Shown here piece after piece: positions 60,419-64,000 of a stretch of DNA of 64,000 nucleotides. The translations under genes and the position numbers were made by a program. The notes beneath the pieces are model-generated. The model was given only the letters and a program-made list of their open reading frames with translations, ran no database searches and was not told where the DNA came from. The first letter of the stretch is position 1. Each line of letters opens with the position of its first letter. The DNA is from Parcubacteria group bacterium GW2011_GWA2_43_13. GTDB lineage: Bacteria > Patescibacteriota > Patescibacteriia > UBA9629 > GWA2-43-13. Location: positions 71,087 to 135,086 of the forward strand of contig LCFM01000005.1 in NCBI GenBank assembly GCA_000999025.1, given 5' to 3'.

Positions 60419-62992
60419 TTATGTGAGGTGTTGTTTCAGCTCATCGAGTTTTTGGAGAGCTTCTATTGGAGTGAGGGTATTTGGATTGATATTTTTGAGT
60501 TGTTCTATCAGGTTCTGATGAGCGCAGGCCGAAAATAAGTGGGGTTGAATAACTACCGTAGAGACGGGGTTAACCTCGTCTCTACGCGTTTGGGTGTTAT
60601 TTTGTTCTAAATTTGTTAGTATCATTTTTGCTTGTAAAATGACCTCTTTGGGTAATCCGGCAAGCCGAGCTACTTCAATGCCGTAGGATTTATCTATACC
60701 GCCAGGCACAACTTGATGTAAAAATAATACCCCTTCTTGCTCATTTTCTTTTACTGCTACGCGATAATTGTGGCATCTTTCTAATTGTTCGCCGAGTTCG
60801 ATGAGTTCGTGATAATGCGTAGCGAACAAAATTTTTGTTCGGCTTGTTGTATGAAAATATTCAATCACTGCCCATGCAATAGACACGCCATCATACGTTG
60901 ATGTCCCTCTGCCTAATTCGTCAAAAATGACTAAACTATTATCAGTCGCATTGCTTAAAATATACGCCGCCTCCTGCATTTCGACCATAAAGGTTGATTG
61001 TCCACGCGCAAGATCATCTGATGCGCCAACGCGCGTGAAAATGCGATCAATAATACTGATAGATGCGTGGTCTGCAGGAACAAAAGAACCTATTTGTGCC
61101 ATCAATACAATCAATGCGTTTTGCCTGAGATATGACGATTTTCCACTCATGTTTGGCCCGGTAAGAATGATGATTTGCTGATCAGTAGAATTAAGAGCAA
61201 GATCGTTTGGGATATACTGTTGGGAAATAATTTTTTCTATCACCGGATGTCGTCCGTTGCGGATAGTAATAATTGAATCAGAAGTAATATGTGGCTTTGT
61301 ATAGCGATAAGAAATGGCATTGTGCGCAAACGCGCAATACACATCAACTTCCGCTATCGCTTTACCGATGTTTTGTATTGTTTTAAGATAAGGCGTAAGA
61401 AAAGAAATGCATTGATCAAAGAGTTCTTTTTCAAGTATCAGTATTTTTTCTTCTGCTGTTAAGACCTTTTCTTCATATATTTTTAAATCAGGGGTAATAA
61501 AACGCTCTGCATTTACTAATGTTTGGCGGCGTTCAAAATAATCAGGAACTCGAGTCAACTGGCCTTTGGAAATTTCAATAAAGTAGCCAAAAATTTTATT
61601 GAATTTTATTTTTAAATTGTCAATGCCTGTTTTTTTACGTTCTTCTTCTTGGTAGCGCGAGAGCCATTCTTTGCCTCCATAGGCAATATCGCGCCATTCA
61701 TCTAATTCCGGGCTGTATCCTTTGCGTATCACTCCTCCGTGGTCAAAGAGAGCTGGCGGATTATCAGAAATCATCTGATTGAGAATGGAAAGCGGTTCTG
61801 TGTATGTTTGCTGATCAAAAAATGTGTTCAGTTCTTGAATTCGAGTGGAATGCATCTGCGATGCCATATCACATAATTGTGGGATCTGATCAAATGTGGT
61901 TCGGAGAGCGTGGAGATCCCGCGGTCCTACCCTATTTGCTCCAATTTTTGCCGCAATTCTTTCCAAATCGTTCATACGAGTAAGATGTGGTATGAGTCGG
62001 GTGATTATTGACATTGATTGGGTCATATCTTCCACTGCTTCTATACGCATTTCAATGGATTTTTTATTCAACAGGGGATGCATCAGCCACGATCGCAACA
62101 TTCTTCCGCCCATAGGCGTTTTGGTTGTATCTAAAACATCAAATAAAGAACCTGTGGTGTCATGCGATCTTACGGTTGTGAATAATTCAAGATTGCGGAT
62201 AGTGGTTTCATCTAACAGCATGGTCTCGTTCCATTGGTACTGTTTGATAGTGGTAATATGGGCGAGTGATGTTTTTTGCGTTTCTTTTAAATACACAATC
62301 AAACGCGCGGCCGCTTCTGTTTGTTGATCATTCTTTTGTAATCCAAAGGAATCAATTGAATTGATATGAAAATGGCGAGTGATGGTTTCATCAGCAGACA
62401 ACGTCAGGATTGGCGTTGTTACAAGGTAATACGCGCCAAGTTCTTGCGAAGGCATGGTAACGAGTGATTCATGAACCAGCACTTCTGACGGTTCAAGCCG
62501 TTTCAGCAGTGTATACGCGATATGCGTTGGTGCTTGGCAGACAAAAAAATCACCAGTGGTGATGTCGCAAAACGCCAATCCCGTGTATTCTTCGCCTTGA
62601 ATGAATGCGGCGCAGTAATTATTTTTTTTACCTTTCATCACAGCTTCGGAAAACGTTGTGCTTGGCGTGATTATGCGGACAACTTCCCGTTGTACTATTT
62701 TTCCTTGCTCTGGTTCTGTGGTTTGTTCCACAATCGCGACTCGTTTACCCGCTTTTGTGAGTTCCGCGATATATGCTTCAGCCGCATGGTGAGGTATGCC
62801 TGCCATGGGTATTTCATGTGGTGTGTTTTTGAATCTGGCTGTAAGCGTTAAATCCAAGATCCGTGATCCTTCAAGCGCGTCTTGTCCAAACATCTCGTAA
62901 AAATCGCCCAAACGAAAAAACACAATCGCGTCCAGATGTTGATTTTTAATAGCCCAATATTGTTCCAGTAACGGAGTGGTCTCATTCTGCAT
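60419..62992 (-). CDS. mutS: DNA mismatch repair protein MutS
   Basis: FRLGDFYEMF, GPNMSGKS, STFMVEM, DELGRGT, SYGIEVA; start ATG 62992. Confidence 0.98.
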   Translation of the reverse strand: MQNETTPLLEQYWAIKNQHLDAIVFFRLGDFYEMFGQDALEGSRILDLTLTARFKNTPHEIPMAGIPHHAAEAYIAELTKAGKRVAIVEQTTEPEQGKIVQREVVRIITPSTTFSEAVMKGKKNNYCAAFIQGEEYTGLAFCDITTGDFFVCQAPTHIAYTLLKRLEPSEVLVHESLVTMPSQELGAYYLVTTPILTLSADETITRHFHINSIDSFGLQKNDQQTEAAARLIVYLKETQKTSLAHITTIKQYQWNETMLLDETTIRNLELFTTVRSHDTTGSLFDVLDTTKTPMGGRMLRSWLMHPLLNKKSIEMRIEAVEDMTQSMSIITRLIPHLTRMNDLERIAAKIGANRVGPRDLHALRTTFDQIPQLCDMASQMHSTRIQELNTFFDQQTYTEPLSILNQMISDNPPALFDHGGVIRKGYSPELDEWRDIAYGGKEWLSRYQEEERKKTGIDNLKIKFNKIFGYFIEISKGQLTRVPDYFERRQTLVNAERFITPDLKIYEEKVLTAEEKILILEKELFDQCISFLTPYLKTIQNIGKAIAEVDVYCAFAHNAISYRYTKPHITSDSIITIRNGRHPVIEKIISQQYIPNDLALNSTDQQIIILTGPNMSGKSSYLRQNALIVLMAQIGSFVPADHASISIIDRIFTRVGASDDLARGQSTFMVEMQEAAYILSNATDNSLVIFDELGRGTSTYDGVSIAWAVIEYFHTTSRTKILFATHYHELIELGEQLERCHNYRVAVKENEQEGVLFLHQVVPGGIDKSYGIEVARLAGLPKEVILQAKMILTNLEQNNTQTRRDEVNPVSTVVIQPHLFSACAHQNLIEQLKNINPNTLTPIEALQKLDELKQHLT
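60557..60586. repeat. GTAGAGACG REP-like palindrome in frame in the mutS C-terminal linker (30 bp)
   Basis: cgtagagacg-gggttaacct-cgtctctacg; encodes RRDEVNPVST. Confidence 0.9.
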
Positions 62993-63165
62993 AGCACAGG
63001 GTATTGTATGGGGTTTGATGTATTCATGCAACCAAAGGAGTTGACTTTATGATGAGAAGATTTTAATGTATAGATATTCTGTGACAACAGCGGAAGAGTG
63101 ACATTGAGGGTGTTGTCTCTTGTCGCTTTTCCTTGTTGTTCTCTTTTCACCTCGAGGAGCCGGTA

Positions 63166-63324
63166 ATGCTGGATCACAGCACCTTACGCTACGTCGAGAC
63201 CGGGGACGGGTGTTTCATTTACGATCCCCTGCATGTTCGTGGAGAGATTGATCACGATGACTCTCACGATGACGACGTAGATAAGGAGCAGGATGATGCG
63301 TTGTCGGAAGAATCAGATCAGTAA
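63166..63324 (+). CDS. Small acidic orphan protein (52 aa)
   Basis: SD GAGGAG; MLDHSTLRYVETGDGCFIYDPLHVRG + D/E-rich tail. Confidence 0.5.
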   Translation: MLDHSTLRYVETGDGCFIYDPLHVRGEIDHDDSHDDDVDKEQDDALSEESDQ

Positions 63325-63415
63325 CCTTCGCGCTCTTGATGGTAGGGTACGGGCGCGTAATCGCTGGTATCGGTCTAAGTGGTACCAACGGATGCGTTGA
63401 TCACAATGGAGGTTC

Positions 63416-63458
63416 GGGAGGGGACATGGCGACGGCTTGTCCCCTCTTCCTTTTTTTT
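63416..63458 (+). terminator. Intrinsic terminator
   Basis: gggaggggaca...tgtcccctcttcc + tttttttt. Confidence 0.75.
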
Positions 63459-63537
63459 AGTATACGATTTAAAATGCTGACAGATTTGTACGGGCGCGGT
63501 GTTCCGCGTCTTTTATCAGCGAGTACAATCCCGATAA

Positions 63538-63622
63538 GGAAAGGTGGCCGAGTGGTCTATGGCGCACGCTTGGAAAGCGTGTGTGGGGAAACTCACCGTG
63601 GGTTCAAATCCCACCCTTTCCG
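63538..63622 (+). tRNA. tRNA-Ser(GGA)
   Basis: GGAAAGG acceptor, cacgc-ttGGAaa-gcgtg, long variable arm, GTTCAAAT; no CCA. Confidence 0.95.
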
Positions 63623-63638
63623 TTTTGGTCTAAAAAGT

Positions 63639-64000
63639 ATGCTATTTGATATTTTTAAAGCCGTTATTTTGGGGATTGTAGAAGGGGCAACAGAGTTTTT
63701 ACCCATTTCCTCTACTGGTCATTTGATTATTGTAAATCAATGGTTGTCTTTAAGTGGCGACGTTACAAAAATATTTGATATTGTTATTCAAGGAGGCGCG
63801 ATAGTTGCGGTTTTTTTTTATTTTCACAAGCAATTAATTCCTATCGGCAAGAATAAAGGCGCAGTGCTTCACATATGGGTAAAAGCATTGATTGGGACGA
63901 TTCCCGCTCTCATTCTTGGGGTTATCGCGGGAGAGAGTGTTCAAAAAGCGTTATTTCATCCTTTTGTCGTATCAGTGGCATTAATTATTGGAGGCATCGC
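63639..64000 (+). CDS. uppP: Undecaprenyl-diphosphate phosphatase, 5' part
   Basis: MLFDIFKAVILGIVEGATEFLPISSTGHL signature; runs off window. Confidence 0.95.
   Translation, partial: MLFDIFKAVILGIVEGATEFLPISSTGHLIIVNQWLSLSGDVTKIFDIVIQGGAIVAVFFYFHKQLIPIGKNKGAVLHIWVKALIGTIPALILGVIAGESVQKALFHPFVVSVALIIGGI

Overview
A 64-kb chromosomal window from a bacterium that is most likely Patescibacteria/CPR. This is inferred from gene content and order, A/T-rich housekeeping starts without Shine-Dalgarno (SD) sites, and tRNAs without an encoded CCA; the code is the standard table 11. The backbone is housekeeping: rpoB(3')-rpoC-ftsK-rodZ-like-recA, efp, rpsF-ssb-rpsR, ychF, xseAB, a surface-polysaccharide cluster, folD, glyA, elp3-like, phosphohexomutase, trpS, rnj, tRNA-Leu, secG, pcrA, uvrC, uvrA, CIRCE-groES-groEL, pyk, mutL, mutS, tRNA-Ser and uppP(5'). 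One complete IS481-like element with TIRs and a 5-bp TSD is present. Unusual features: (1) Several families of short palindromic/tandem repeats sit between genes and also inside the open reading frames of at least 7-8 conserved proteins (YchF, O-antigen ligase, GT4, FolD, Elp3, a SAM methyltransferase, MutS, probably UvrC). They also supply a stop codon and a terminator. (2) 15-17-bp palindromes occur only nested inside or abutting the other repeats. (3) A full leader-peptide (Trp/Phe) attenuator precedes a catalytically divergent DAHP synthase-like gene. (4) Self-contained, SD-led cassettes, mostly GC-richer, are interspersed in an SD-less backbone, including a beta-barrel-like + two-lipoprotein island. 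(5) A stand-alone HisKA miniprotein is present. Coordinates and GC contrasts were read by hand, and product calls come from motif recognition, not database searches.
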